Counted from the stretch's first letter, positions 1 through 13,164 are shown. The stretch is 64,000 nucleotides of DNA from Octopus bimaculoides (GCF_001194135.2 NC_068993.1:2151753-2215752); one strand, 5' to 3'. Notes: generated from the letters alone by a model not told the origin. A program made the numbers and translations.

Positions 1-69
1 CGTTTCCTGGATTCTTTGGTGAATTTATTACCGTATGGACAAGTTGTCAGTTCATCGCAAGATAAGTTA

Positions 70-217
70 TTTTTACCTGCTGAGCGGACTTGTGCAACGT
101 GAAATGAAGTATTATGTTCAATAACACAACGGATCGCTCGGTCCACGAAACGAAACCACAATCTTACGATAACGAGAAAGGTTGCAGCATCTTAAACACG
201 AAGCTACGCGCCTCCAC
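70..217 (-). mobile_element. Diverged 5' part of SINE family B (tRNA-derived head plus central domain)
   Basis: GCAACGTGAAATGAAGTATTATGTTCAATAACACAAC aligns with GCAACGTGAGATAAGATGTCTTGCTCAAGGACACAAC of the full copy at 2403-2731; a degenerate tRNA-like head follows. Confidence 0.6.
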
Positions 218-339
218 AATTTGTGATTACACTAATGTAAATGAATTCTATCTATTATCTACCAGTATACACTTTAATAATTCTGATATCGTATTGTGTA
301 CTTATCATATGGCAATTATTTGTTTATAGCTATATGATA

Positions 340-363
340 TATATGTGTATGTGTGCATGTATG

Positions 364-419
<56 letters not shown>

Positions 420-430
420 CATGTGCGTGG
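340..430. repeat. (GT)n microsatellite
   Basis: Direct reading of the sequence. Confidence 0.95.
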
Positions 431-2402
431 GTTTGTGCTTATTACGTATCTACCGCACGTGGCTGTATATGCTTTGAAGACTAATATTGTGTCTACCTCA
501 CGGACATTTAGACTTTAATCTGAAGAATGTGCAATTTTAAAAGTACGAATACACACAACGGTTTAAGTATAAAATTGATTTATAGATTCGCCATCAATAT
601 GTTTGTAAAAATGTTAAACCGTTATCAAATGAGAAAGATATTTACAGTGTAGAAGTTTTACATATTTAATCAATTTGGTATTCTAAGCCTGAAGTCAGTT
701 AATGCAGCTGGCGTTCGTTCATTTCTGCATATTAATATGCATTTGTTATGGAAGAATAATGTTTGTATGAGATATTCGTTTATTTGATTTTGTATAATAT
801 CAAGTCATATGAATAATTGAATAATAGTAAAACACATTAGTATCTCTATTTCCTTATCTCTAACCAGTTCAGCTTTTATAAGAATCAAGATTTGAGTGAG
901 TCGCTGAGGTAAAACGTATTACAAGAACAGAAGAGTGACTACCATTGTAGCATGTTCATAAAGCAATGTGATTCGATGCATACTAAATATTTTCTGTTTT
1001 AGAAACAGCTGCACATGGAAATTATATTTATTTCCTTTGCCGTTCTCTGGTTATGGCCTGATACATAGATCGCGAGTTCATTTATAGAAACTAAAAATCA
1101 AACCACTGGTTTCAATATTATACAATTAACATCACTGCCATTTTGAAATTATAAATCCCGACGCCTCTAAAAGAAGATATGTAGGATATATTGGTGGTAA
1201 ATAGACTATAAAATTGTCAAATAGAGTTGAATTGCTTTAATCGTGCATTATCTTCAAGCAATTTTAACCTTTGGTTCTGAGATACACGTTCTGGGTGTTA
1301 AGCTGGTGGTAAGATATCTACATATTCTTCGACATGGTGTGACACGTCACTCAAGCAGACTGGTTCAGCAGACGACGGAAAGGAGTAAAAGATAAAAGTT
1401 ATTTGGAAATAGATTTCAAAGTCGTTTACAGTTCTAAGATCTTCTTCTTGTGGAGCGTTGTGTAATACTTCAACAGAATTCTGCTTCGTGCGCGCACGCA
1501 CACACCCGCACCCACATGAGTGTCCGAGCGTCTTTTTGTAGTATATACAGAGAAGGAAATATGATGATGGTTGCTAATGGATCGTTTGATATATATTTAC
1601 GAAAGGAATCAAATAACTAAATTAAAATATATACATCATGCATATTCAGATAAATGATTTTGTTATTGCTGCTGTTATTTTTCTACAGACTACCGTCTCT
1701 GTTGATCGAACAAACGTAGGAACACAACTATCCCAGAAGTGGCCTTCACATCTTTATAACGATATTTAAGTCCCTATTGTCTAATGAGGTTTTTCTAAGG
1801 ACGTCATGATGATGTTTCAAAGAATTTAATCTACTAATTGTAGTCGTTTATGCATAGATAAAGAGATTTCCTATATTATAATAAGTGTTAATTATTAATC
1901 TGATTCAAAAATGTATGTCTCGGGATGTTGAAACCATTACGATGTAGAATTATTATGAAGAATAAGTTTACATATTCTAACTGAATTTAACCAATAGGTT
2001 GTGAGCAAATTATTTAACTAAATAATGAATATTATTGTTTGTAAGTTAAATAATTATTGAAACACAACCATTTATTTCGCAGTAAATTCAGATAAGAAAA
2101 GGGGAAAAAAACTAGGAAATACTTGCTGGAAGAATAGTAATATAGTTAGAGTCTTGCTAAAACGATTAAAATCAATCAACTGCTAATATAAATATAAAAT
2201 ATCTGATTAGAAAATTAGCCAACTTAATTTAGAAATGATCTTGTGATAATAGATACTGCAACAAGATTTTTACTGTACAAAAAGTCCACTTATATTCTGT
2301 ATCATTACTAAATAGAAATATTGAGTCAGAACATTGTGTTTAATAACAGTGGTGTCTAATATAGGTGTTAGGCCTCAGGTGTGTTGAACTATATTACTAA
2401 TA

Positions 2403-2731
2403 AAGGAGCACTCGGTCGGTTACGACTACGAGAGCCCCCTCGGCTGATCCGATCAACGGAACCGCCTGCTCGGGAAATTAAGATGTAAGTGACTGAGCAC
2501 TCCACAGACAGGTGTACCCTTATCGTAGTTCTCGGGGAGATTCAGCGTGACACAGAGTGTGACAAAGCTGGCCCTTTGAAATACAGGTACTACTCATTTT
2601 TGCCAGCGGAGTGGACTGGAGCAACGTGAGATAAGATGTCTTGCTCAAGGACACAACGCGACGCCGAGAATTGAACTCACGACCTTACGATCGTGAGACG
2701 AATGCCCTAACCACTGAGCCACGAGCCTTCA
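2403..2731 (-). mobile_element. Full-length tRNA-derived SINE, family B (Meta-domain-like core)
   Basis: Minus strand has A box TGGCTCAGTGG, anticodon-like loop CTCACGA and B box GAGTTCAATTC, then GTGTCCTTGAGCAAGACA...CCACTCCGCTGGCAAAAATGAGTA, resembling the Meta SINE domain as I recall it. Imperfect 14-bp flanking direct repeats at 2389-2402 and 2732-2745. Confidence 0.9.
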
Positions 2732-3406
2732 CTACGTTACTCATAGAAGATGCGCGTTAAACAAACACTGCAACACGCACGCACGCACGCACGCACGAAG
2801 ACACACATACACACACACGTGCACAAACACATGCATTTATATATACTCCATAAACATATATGTATATAGAAGTGAAATATATGAATGTCTGTCCGTGTGT
2901 TAATTTGCACGCTTACACAGCTATTACAGTATATTATGTATATAATGTCTTTGTTTACAGAGGTGCATCATGTTTGTGTTTTATATCAGTAAAAAGCATC
3001 AAACATGAAATATATAACATTAAATATAAAAACGATAACATTATTATAAAGATTGTAATGTTATTTTGGTTACTTGCTCAGCGTCTTCTTGTACACTTTG
3101 ATACAATGGTAAATAGGGGAACCGATCTGGGTATTTTCTGTTTTGATGGAATGTTCATCTTTAGGTCCCCACACTGGGAACTTTTGTAAACTTTAAATGA
3201 AATCAAAGAAAATATTTATCTCTTGAGATAAACAATAAATTAATTAGATTTGCCTAATAAAAAGAAATTTCATCACGTATGTTCATTTCTATCTGCTTAA
3301 TGTGTGTATTTAAGCATTCATGTATATTTTCGTGATCTATCTATCTTTCTATCTGTTTGTCTGTCTGTCTGTCTATCTATATATCTATCTGTCTCTATAT
3401 ATTTAT

Positions 3407-3880
3407 NNNNNNNNNNNNNNNNNNNNNNNNNNNNNNNNNNNNNNNNNNNNNNNNNNNNNNNNNNNNNNNNNNNNNNNNNNNNNNNNNNNNNNNNNNNNNN
3501 NNNNNNNNNNNNNNNNNNNNNNNNNNNNNNNNNNNNNNNNNNNNNNNNNNNNNNNNNNNNNNNNNNNNNNNNNNNNNNNNNNNNNNNNNNNNNNNNNNNN
3601 NNNNNNNNNNNNNNNNNNNNNNNNNNNNNNNNNNNNNNNNNNNNNNNNNNNNNNNNNNNNNNNNNNNNNNNNNNNNNNNNNNNNNNNNNNNNNNNNNNNN
3701 NNNNNNNNNNNNNNNNNNNNNNNNNNNNNNNNNNNNNNNNNNNNNNNNNNNNNNNNNNNNNNNNNNNNNNNNNNNNNNNNNNNNNNNNNNNNNNNNNNNN
3801 NNNNNNNNNNNNNNNNNNNNNNNNNNNNNNNNNNNNNNNNNNNNNNNNNNNNNNNNNNNNNNNNNNNNNNNNNNNNNNNN
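3407..3880. other. Assembly gap (N run); further gaps at 17570-17738, 27736-27745, 34965-35337, 39301-39384, 42772-42836, 44761-45143, 46855-47140, 49472-49557, 54296-54413, 57165-57392
   Basis: N runs, mostly bordered by (TA)n, (TG)n or (AG)n tracts. Confidence 1.
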
Positions 3881-3885
3881 AGAGG

Positions 3886-3920
<35 letters not shown>

Positions 3921-4836
3921 AGAAATAGACAGAGAGAAAAAGAGAGCGAGGGGAGATGGACAGTGGAGGTGAGTGAAATTGCTTGAATAAGTCTGATTTT
4001 TCAAAATACTGTATTTCGATAGCGTTTATTGTGAAAATTCCTTTGTGTATTTCCTGCTAGAATGTATTGGTACAGCTCAGTTACTACTCCAATGTTATTC
4101 CATAAATAACTCAATCTAAGTTTTATGAGGCTAATTTCTTTCTTCTGGCTGTTAAACTTTAAAAGTTTCTCCAATTTGACTAATATGTTGATCGACTAAT
4201 ATCTTACGACGCTTTCTCTTCTCTTCCAATGTGCCGATGCTTCTCTATCAAACGGCGACTTTATTACAAATTCTGCATTACTTAAAACTAGCAGCAGATG
4301 TTCAGAGGATGAACAGTGATGTTCACATGACTGCACGTAAAGGAGGCCCAAAGCAAATATCTTAGAGAATTCAATTTTACTGCAAATAATTCTTAATTTT
4401 GCGTAAATCTTCTTGATATATATAATAGGAAATATACGTACATGGCTATGTATGTATATAAGGATGTATGTATGTATTATGTACGTGTGTATTTATGTAT
4501 TATATATGTATGTTTGTATGTATGTATGCATGTATGTACGTATTATGTGTGTATGTCTTATGTATATATATGTATGTATGTATTGTGTATGAACGTGTAT
4601 ATATGTTAGCATGTATGTATGTGCGTATGTAATTGTGTGTGTATGTATATTTGGTTGTATGTGTATACGCTTCAAGGAGATGTCCACAGTTTTGCATCAA
4701 GCTAGCTGGAACTTCGCGTAAAGCGACAGAACTTGGCGCAGATGACTGCTGGCCACGTGACGTTTAGATATTCTATATGTCGTGTTTTCGAGGTTGTCCT
4801 CTTTTTTTTAAGAAGCTCAGCTTAAAAATATTTAGA

Positions 4837-4896
4837 CTGCAGGGATGAGAGAATTCTGCAGGGATGAGAGAATTCTGCAGGGATGAGAGAATTCTG
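4837..4896. repeat. Perfect 19-bp tandem repeat, 3 copies (CTGCAGGGATGAGAGAATT)
   Basis: Units at 4837-4855, 4856-4874 and 4875-4893, plus a partial CTG. Confidence 0.95.
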
Positions 4897-5719
4897 AGGG
4901 AACAAATTTCTCGGTGTAACTAAAATATCTCAATAACTTTTAAAGCAATTCATGTATAATAGAACAAATTGCTGTACATTTATTTTACATCATAGTAAAC
5001 CCTGAGTACTGGTGCTGTTTACAATATATTTTGCTTCTCCAACTGTGTGAGAAAATACTAAATATGAGGAGATACAGTAACAGATTATTTGCTTGGTTAT
5101 TAGTCGCTGAGAGCTTCTCGTATGCAGTTTTTTTTTCAGCAATTCTCTTCATTAAAAACCGTATAGTTTACACTGAAAATAAATCATATCAATAATGATT
5201 GGGAGAAATATAGCAGTAGAAAACATGAATAATATAGGGGTAGATATAAAGTTAGAGAAATGTTTACGTTTTTATGCTGTTGTTTAAATCCAGTCAACTC
5301 TGATCGAGTAAACACACCTTGAAAGATTTCCCAACTCTAATCACTTCACTTTTTTAGACATGTGTAACATATAATATAACATAGCATTCGATGGCTTCAA
5401 ATTTGAGCAGCAAATTGTGAAATTTATTGAACTCATTAATTAAAACACATTTGGCCGTGTGTACCGTTAAATTATTTCACCAACACAATTAGTAAGACAC
5501 AATTTGTGAAAAAGCTAAGTCACTGAATTTCCAGTGTATTCACTTTGACGGTCATTCACAAAGCTTGTAAAAATGATACTATTTAATGTGTTTCCTGTAT
5601 TTAAAACGAAGCAATATGATTTGGCTGTTATATCTAGCAACCCGGACTAACTCATAAACGTTTCCTCCTTGAAACCCACCCCCATTTATGATACGTGGAG
5701 CAATTTATGACGATTTCTA

Positions 5720-6192
5720 CTTATAAAATCGAAAGTTACCAAGAATGATTAAAAGTCTGGTGCTTGTCTTAAACTTTTAATTATTTATTTTGTAAATATT
5801 AACGTATTTTGGCGCAATCTTCTTATGTGGGACCTGGGTTATAAAACGGTCAGCATAATGTTATAAGGACCCAACTGAATATTTTCTTTCCTATATATTT
5901 TACTGTTTTGTGTATCATAAGAGTTTTGTTTCCAATGACCTAATTAGCAACAATAGTTCGATGGGTTTTATTTACAGCTAGGATTGTATATATCCTAGTC
6001 ACAACCTTTGTTTTGTCCATTGTTTACGAATACAGACCGTTCCATTTTCGCATACAATACATTAACCACTACAAAACTAAGATTACATAATTTATCACCT
6101 TTCCAAAATACATAACTACGAACTCCTTCATATATATCCATCTCTTTCGGCGATCCCAAATCTTCAATACTTGGTTCAGTAACAAACATCAT
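5720..6192 (-). pseudogene. Degenerate non-LTR retrotransposon RT fragment (L1/Tx1-like)
   Basis: ORF 5995-6192 ends NVLYAKMERSVFVNNGQNKGC, resembling the LY..IES.V.VNG...QGC segment of L1-type RT. A YAD(R) at 5846-5857 in another frame resembles YADD, and FKTSTRLLI further on resembles F...SGL.IN. Confidence 0.4.
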
Positions 6193-6547
6193 AAATACGG
6201 CATACGAACGACAATAATAAGATTGAACCCGATATATTAGAACTAAAAACCTGAAACGGAAAGGTTGGATGCATCATACTTGGTATGCAATTGACGAAAT
6301 TATGAGAGGTGAGTTAGAGGTGTAAAAAAAAAATTACCAAGTCTGAAAGTGAAAGAGCAAAAAGAATAATTAATCTGAATTTGATAACTCTCAATTCATT
6401 TGTATTGAAATTGAAATGTCTTGCTGCATTAATTGCAAATGCTAAAAAATCTGGCAGCAATTAAATTTAATATTAGTGAAAAATGATTTCTATTGCATAT
6501 TTTTGCTAATATATCTTCATTTGATTCCGTTTTTTACAAGTATTTTT

Positions 6548-6575
6548 ATCATTATTATTATTGTAGTTGTTATTA

Positions 6576-6648
<73 letters not shown>

Positions 6649-6824
6649 TATTATTATTATTAGTAAATGTAGTATTGTTTTTGTTCTTCTCATTAATAAT
6701 AATAATATTAATATTAACTACTTTCTGTATCATTAGTATTATTATTAATATTAGGATTATCAATGGTAGTAGTAGTATTTTTGTTATCATAAATTATAAT
6801 ATCAAGTACTCTCAATGCTGCTGC

Positions 6825-6881
<57 letters not shown>

Positions 6882-6904
6882 CATTATTATTATTATTATT
6901 ATTC
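6548..6904. repeat. (ATT)n microsatellite blocks (6548-6662, 6828-6904)
   Basis: Direct reading; source of the poly-I/L/Y/N ORFs. Confidence 0.95.
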
Positions 6905-8219
6905 ATTTCGTTATTATTTCCAATTGTCTTCCATCAGGATCCATTTGTGTGAGAGAGAAGATACCCATCACCAAAACTATGAATTCTTCATTACAAATGT
7001 TTTAGTTGCAACATCAATAGAAATGAATTGACATTGCACCTTTTCTTTGTTTTGTGTTTCGTTAGTCTCTGTTTTCTTATTTTATATGTTTATTTATATT
7101 GTCTGTGATTTTGTTTTTTTTTTTATAAATTCTTGTCTTTAAATTATAATTTGATGGAAGTTGAAATGATAATTAAGAAGCAATATTGCCAACCCTGTCA
7201 TGTTGTAATTTTTTTCCTGTTTCTTTTATTTATTTCGACCATTTTTAACAAAATATGCTCCAGTGTGGTTGAGGGGACATTAATTGTGAGACGTGACTAT
7301 GAAAATTTCCATCTGAGCTCATTACTGAATAATTCAAGATTATTTTTTATAAAAAAAATTTCAGTCTCGCTATATTTTATAGTTGTTCGGAAATGCTATT
7401 CCTCTGCAACAGAAAACTAAACGAAGTTGAAAACTGTGTTTCACTATGAGAATTCTCAGTTGTAGCATACAGCATCCTGACTAATAAATCTCATTTATTG
7501 TTTTAGATAATTATTATTTTCCCTTGGTTATTAATTATTTCCATCTTATTATATTGGTTAGAGTTGTAGTATAATTCGTGTTTATTAAATGAAAATTTTT
7601 CATTTAACGTATTATATATGGTTAAAATGATGAACGACCATGTGTAAAATGTCTGCAGAGAAACACGAAGCTCTGTTGTTGAGCCTCTAATCACGTAGTT
7701 TATTAGTAAATTTCTCGAACGATTGCTTTAATATGCAGGATTTGTTAAAGACAAATAAATCATGAGTAGTCTTACGATTCCGTTAGCAAAATGTTATCAA
7801 ACTTGCCTAAGGCAATCAGTTGTTCAATAGAGAGTTGGGTAGTTCAGTGTTTCTATATCATTACTGATATTCAACAATGCTTGAAGTAAAAAATTGTTCT
7901 TAATAGTGTAATGAATTTGAATGTATGCAATTGTAATGAGAGGGAGCATTGTGCAAGTGATGACTGATTATCATGATGTTGTCAGTAAAATATCTTTAAA
8001 ATGAGGTTTCAATGTTTTAGTCTGTTCAACAGTGTTCTGAAGAGACGGGGCAACACGGAGTTGTTTTCGGAAATACCAGATCTGTCTAAAAGGAAAAACT
8101 GAACATTTTGGGAAACGCATAAAATGCTTTATTTCCAACTTAAGAGTAGTTTCTTTCAAAGCACAACCTAAAAGGATCCCGTAATTTTCTCATGAGTTCC
8201 CAGCCCTTTCTTTGGAAAT

Positions 8220-9110
8220 AAACTGTTGTACAAAAACTGAGAAGAAAACACAAACTGTAGAACCAATCCAAATATTTCTGAGTATATGACTTTAATATAT
8301 TCTTCCACTATCCATTATGGTAAACAGCCATTGTTATACCTCACTGAATATTACCACGCAATACTCCTAAACAACTGCTCTTTTATTCATAGGTAGTTAA
8401 TTCCTCCGTCTTCATAAGTATTTGACCATTAGTTTATGATAATCTGATTCTTAAGTCATGAATATTTGCTCCTTTATTCATTGGCTTGTACCCCTTTTCA
8501 TTAGTAGCTGGCCCTTTATTCATGACTGACTGACTCAATTAGTATCTGGTTGCCTCCCCATGAACATCTTCCGTCGGTAGATAATAACACGTATCTCTAT
8601 TCTTCTTCATGGATACCCGAACGTCTATTCCTTAAGATCTGATTCTCAGTATATATATCGCTCTTTATTTATGTTGTGTCATACCCCTGTTATTGATGTC
8701 ATGACACTTGTCACGTGTTGCTAGGGTTCGAAGATGTTCAGAAATTTTATCAATAATGTAAACCTAAAATTTTACCTTTATCCGAATATCGATTCTGTGC
8801 CCTAATCTCATATAAACCTTATAACCTCAGACATATATTGATGCCATAATCCTGACATCCTCTCAAATCCACTGTTTTGACCTTCTGTGCTAACAGCAAT
8901 AAATTATGAAAACCTGCGCATATTTTACAGTATCTGTCGTTCTTAAGACACTGGACAGTTTACCATATTTCTACCATCAATTCACCATCAAGAACCAGAT
9001 TATCTACATTTCGTAAGTTGAGTAAATAGTTTTGAATTTGAATGCTGCAACATAATTCTCATGTGAAATATATTGCATCTCCGGTATCTAGTGTAAGGCA
9101 ACTTGTCACA
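8220..9110 (+). pseudogene. Decayed Penelope-like element, RT thumb to GIY-YIG region
   Basis: Ordered motifs across frameshifts: FFHYP (HP-like), LLHGYP (8611-8619), KPYNLRHIL (8814-8840, like KNLRDIL), KTCAYF (8909 onward) and FTIKNQIIY. Confidence 0.45.
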
Positions 9111-9451
9111 CGTCAATATCTACCACAACAACTAACGAAAGGTGAAGTAAGTATTAACATATTTCATTTAGTCTCATTGTAGAGGAAATATTAGAATAGT
9201 TTCTCATTTCATAATGCGACGCCTCCGCTTCTGAACTGACGCTCACACAAACACATGCTAAACATAATTTCAACTATAGATCAACATTGCTGATATGGAA
9301 GGGACTCGGAAATATGACATGAAATATAGAAGAGACAATGTATGGAGGATTCGGTTTCATTGCTATTGTGACAGAGGAAGTTCCACAGATCTATGCTACA
9401 ATATCATTGGCAATATCTGCTGGTAGTATAAAGTCAAAATATCTATGTTTA

Positions 9452-9453
<2 letters not shown>

Positions 9454-9511
<58 letters not shown>

Positions 9512-9528
9512 GATCTATCTATCTACCC

Positions 9529-9562
<34 letters not shown>
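9454..9562. repeat. (ATCT)n followed by (GTCT)n microsatellite
   Basis: Direct reading. Confidence 0.95.
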
Positions 9563-9564
<2 letters not shown>

Positions 9565-12500
9565 AAATATATATTTTAGGAAAAGATGAAGAAAGGAAAA
9601 GAGCAATTCGAAAAGTATGGAAGTGGGGGAGAAAATGGAAGCTCAAGCGCATGAAATTAGGCATTGCTGCTCAACATGTTTGGTCAATGACTGGCTGGAA
9701 ATATGGTGCTGGCTGAAAAGGTCAAGTTGGCTGAAGTTGACAAATGAAATGAAAATGTTCGTTCTTTGCGAGCGAAGGGGTTAGTTCCATTGTAACTTGT
9801 CAATTAAATTATGATACACACCTACTCCATATCCCTTGACAAGTATAAATCTCTATAGCAAGCATATGTCTCGATGTCAACCCCTGGATCGTTAGAAAAT
9901 TGACTCCGGACGTAATTAACGAATAGTTCAGCCTATTCTCGTTCCCACAGCGGGCAGGATACCTGTTGGTATACCTCGCCTTTGTTGGAGAAGCAATTAC
10001 TGGTGAAGAGCAAACCGGCTTGGCGCAGAAGGATTTTGTTTCCTTCTCCTTTCAATGTGCCCCTGCTTGAAAATACCGACTGCTTCGATGTCACTGATCT
10101 CTGACGACCCGCAAAAGTTTATAATCAAAGTACCCTCCTACAGACATAATATTTAAAATGAAGTGTAAAATATAAAGTTAATTCTATGATACTCTATAGA
10201 AATTTGAACCGATATAAAACTGTATGTACGCTGTAAAACCATGCAACCACACACATATGTATATATATATCGGTATTCAAAACTACAGAAAGTACACTCT
10301 TCTCTTCCAAGTTTACGCACAGATAACACAATATTACAGCACTTTGCCAGCCACAGAATTTTTATACCAATTCTTTCAGATGTAACATTAAAATCAGCAA
10401 AGCAGAATTTGCATTAATGATATGGGCTGTTATTGTTGTTGATGTTTTTATTATTAGTATTATCATCACCATCCACATCATCATGATTTTCTTTATGCTG
10501 TTGTTGTTATTATTATTATTCCATCATCTAAAAGCAACATTAGAATTTTGTAAATTTGCATGCTTTATTTTTTTCGTAAGTGCAGAGTCAATTTAAAACC
10601 ATTTAAAACACATATCCGCAAGTACATAAGCCTACAAACACATTTATGTACGCAAATTCAAACTCTAAAGTATAATTATAATGTAAATGTAGTTGTAAAC
10701 GTACTAAAAGTGCACCGTTTCAGTGTATTGCGGCGGTCCCAGTGTGCAGTCAAGTGAAATAACAGTTGAATAGTGAAATTTTCTTTCCTGAAAGCTTTTG
10801 AATAAAGGCATTCTCAAAAATCCAATAATTTGTTATAATTAATATTTTGAAATGTCATTAGACATTTCAAGAATTTATTTTATCTCGTTAACATACTAAT
10901 AGCATATATTAAAGTAATTTTCAAACATTCTGCAAAATTTATTATGTAAAAAAGGAAGTCATTTTATCTAACGTATTCCAGGAGAAAAGAATTTAACATT
11001 TATATTTGTCTTGGTTATTTAGATTTATTTTATAATTGGGAATGTGTGTTCTAGATTTGCTAGCGAATTTGGCATGCTTAAATTATTTCATAGTTCAGTA
11101 ACTGGAGGTTCTAACGCATTTTTATATAGCGTCTCACAATTGCAATCATTTCAATAATTGTATATATAAGTTCTATTTTCACCTACTACCAATATATCTA
11201 TATAGTTGTTTTGCCCCCAAATTTTCCTACTTCCCTATCTCTGATCTTATTCATCTATTTTGCTTAACTAGTTGCATTGTTGCACGTTTACTCTCTGCTA
11301 TTCTATTTACCTTCATGTCTGCGTAATTGTCTTTCTTCATTTCTTTCCTCTTCTCGGTTGCTACCCACATTTTATGAGATGTTGATTTGTGTGTTGCGAC
11401 ACCTAATTTTACGTATTTCATGTCTATGTATGATATTTCTTTGGCTCTCTATTTTTCATTTCGAATTCCCTCATCAGTTCCATTCACAAAATTCAGAAAT
11501 ATTCCACCCGTGACCTTACGGAACATTCCATCTCTGATTGCATCTAAAAGAATTTCTTTTTGTTAAACGTCTATATTCTTTGGTAAAACTCTGTTTCCAA
11601 TTTCTTCCTTATTACTTATATCTTAGAAAGAAAACGCACCAGCCTTCATACTGTCATGATTTTTCTTAAAAACAGAAATTGATGTCTAAATTTATCTGCA
11701 TCCGTTTTTACAAACAAAGTATACTCAATACATTCAGAGAAATGTAAAACACAAAAAATAAATCAAAGCCAAATATATTTTAAGCTTTCTAATCATAATG
11801 AACATTACTTCTCAGGTTTTCAGATATTCATTTCTTTGCCAAAGTATATTCACGCCCAATATATTTCTTTCAATTTTCTCATGGCACTTAAACATATCAC
11901 TCTTTTGTTTGTTTGCTGTGAATCTATTGCTGCTTAATCAGTTTTTCCTGTGCCTTCTAGCGCTGAGGCATATTTCCTACATAGCATACACTGCGTTTTC
12001 ATTGAGACAAAAAGAAAGTGAGCACACGATTTGTGTTATATTTTTTCATAGAGCATCTGTATACTTATAAATGTTCATATGCGAGCTTGTGTGTTCGTTA
12101 AAAGACGTATAGCTTTGGGCAACTGAATAGTTATCTACATACATACACATGCACACGTACATATATATATATAGATACACACAAACACACATGTATATGC
12201 ATACATATGCCTACACAAGATGCTTCCTTTTCATTCCCTTTGATGAATGTAACTTTGGCCAGGTGGAATCACGTTTGGTTCTCTTTATAAATTTGTCTCT
12301 GATTCGATTCCAGCTCGCGGATATTCCTACTATAACTGTCACATTCATAAACATAGATAACTGAAAACGAACAAAACAAATCTATGGTTGCTTGGAGGAA
12401 ATTTTCAGACAAATAGTTATCAATTTCATCCTGCATTCCTTTTGTTCAGAGTTCGATACCACAGCCTGGTTGCCTTTACGAAGGATTCAAGTTGACCCAA

Positions 12501-12767
12501 ACCTTGCAAGTACAAATTAATAGAAAAAAAGTCGTGACAGAGCGAATAATAAACTCTACATGTAATTGAAAGCTTCCTTTTTGCTATACGCAGAATCACG
12601 CTAATGTGGCCATAAATGACAAACAACATTGGAATACTGAGCCATTCATACATTAATTTATGTAGTTTTGCTTTGATGAACCTGAACGCTCCTCGTCGAA
12701 ACTGATGTGAAATGCTTTCATTCTGTTTCTGTACATTCTCAATCCGACTGAAATTGCAAGAGTTGCT

Positions 12768-12916
12768 ACATACATACATACACACATACATACATACATA
12801 CATACATACATACATACATACATACATACATGCATGCATGAATACATACATGTATGCATACATGCATACATCCATACATACATGCATGCATGCATGCATC
12901 CATACATACATACATG
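12768..12916. repeat. (CATA)n/(CATG)n microsatellite
   Basis: Direct reading. Confidence 0.95.
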
Positions 12917-12931
12917 TATACATCGTATTTC

Positions 12932-12976
12932 GGCCAGAGTTCTTTCGTCACACTTCTGTGACGTCATCAGTGGTCC
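12932..12976 (-). ncRNA. Candidate minimal type I hammerhead ribozyme (HHR-1)
   Basis: Minus strand: GGACCA-CUGAUGA-C-GUCAC agaagu GUGAC-GAA-AGAACU-C/UGGCC. Intact core, perfect 5-6 bp stem II, 2-bp stem III, CUC cleavage triplet, 5-bp stem I with one bulge. Confidence 0.62.
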
Positions 12977-13000
12977 TTTGCTTTCTTCTTTCCTTTTCGT

Positions 13001-13136
13001 GTGTCTATTCATTCACAGGGCTTTGGTCAGCCCGAGGCTATAGTAGAAGATACTGGTCCAAGGTGCCACGCAGTGGGACTCAACCCGGAACCATGTGGTT
13101 GGCAAGCAAGCTTCTTACCACACAACCACTCCTGCG
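13001..13136 (-). mobile_element. SINE family C, 5' half (tRNA head plus CORE-like domain)
   Basis: Minus strand GCAGGAGTGGTTGTGTGGTAAGAAGCTTGC...GGTTCCGGGTTGAGTCCCACTGCGTGGCACCTTGGACC...; homologous to 26170-26540 and 44568-44710. Confidence 0.9.
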
Positions 13137-13164
13137 TCTTATATATATATATATATTATTTGCA

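Noticed and set aside
2655-2731. tRNA-Val(CAC)-like sequence
   Set aside because: Acceptor and anticodon stems are incomplete and it continues into a SINE body; it is a SINE head, not a tRNA gene.
4851-4880. GAATTCTGCAG (and ATCACTAGTGA at 47577) resembling cloning-vector polylinkers
   Set aside because: Matches are only 11 nt and flanking vector sequence is absent.
11450-11480. Minus-strand CUGAUGA-GGGAAUUC-GAAA
   Set aside because: Only a 2-bp stem II and no stem I complementarity.
12426-12765. Minus-strand open frame with IPMLFVIYGHISVILR, superficially like GPCR TM5
   Set aside because: P-to-Y spacing is 5 rather than the 7 intervening residues of class A TM5; no other GPCR motifs or convincing splice sites; the frame begins in a microsatellite.
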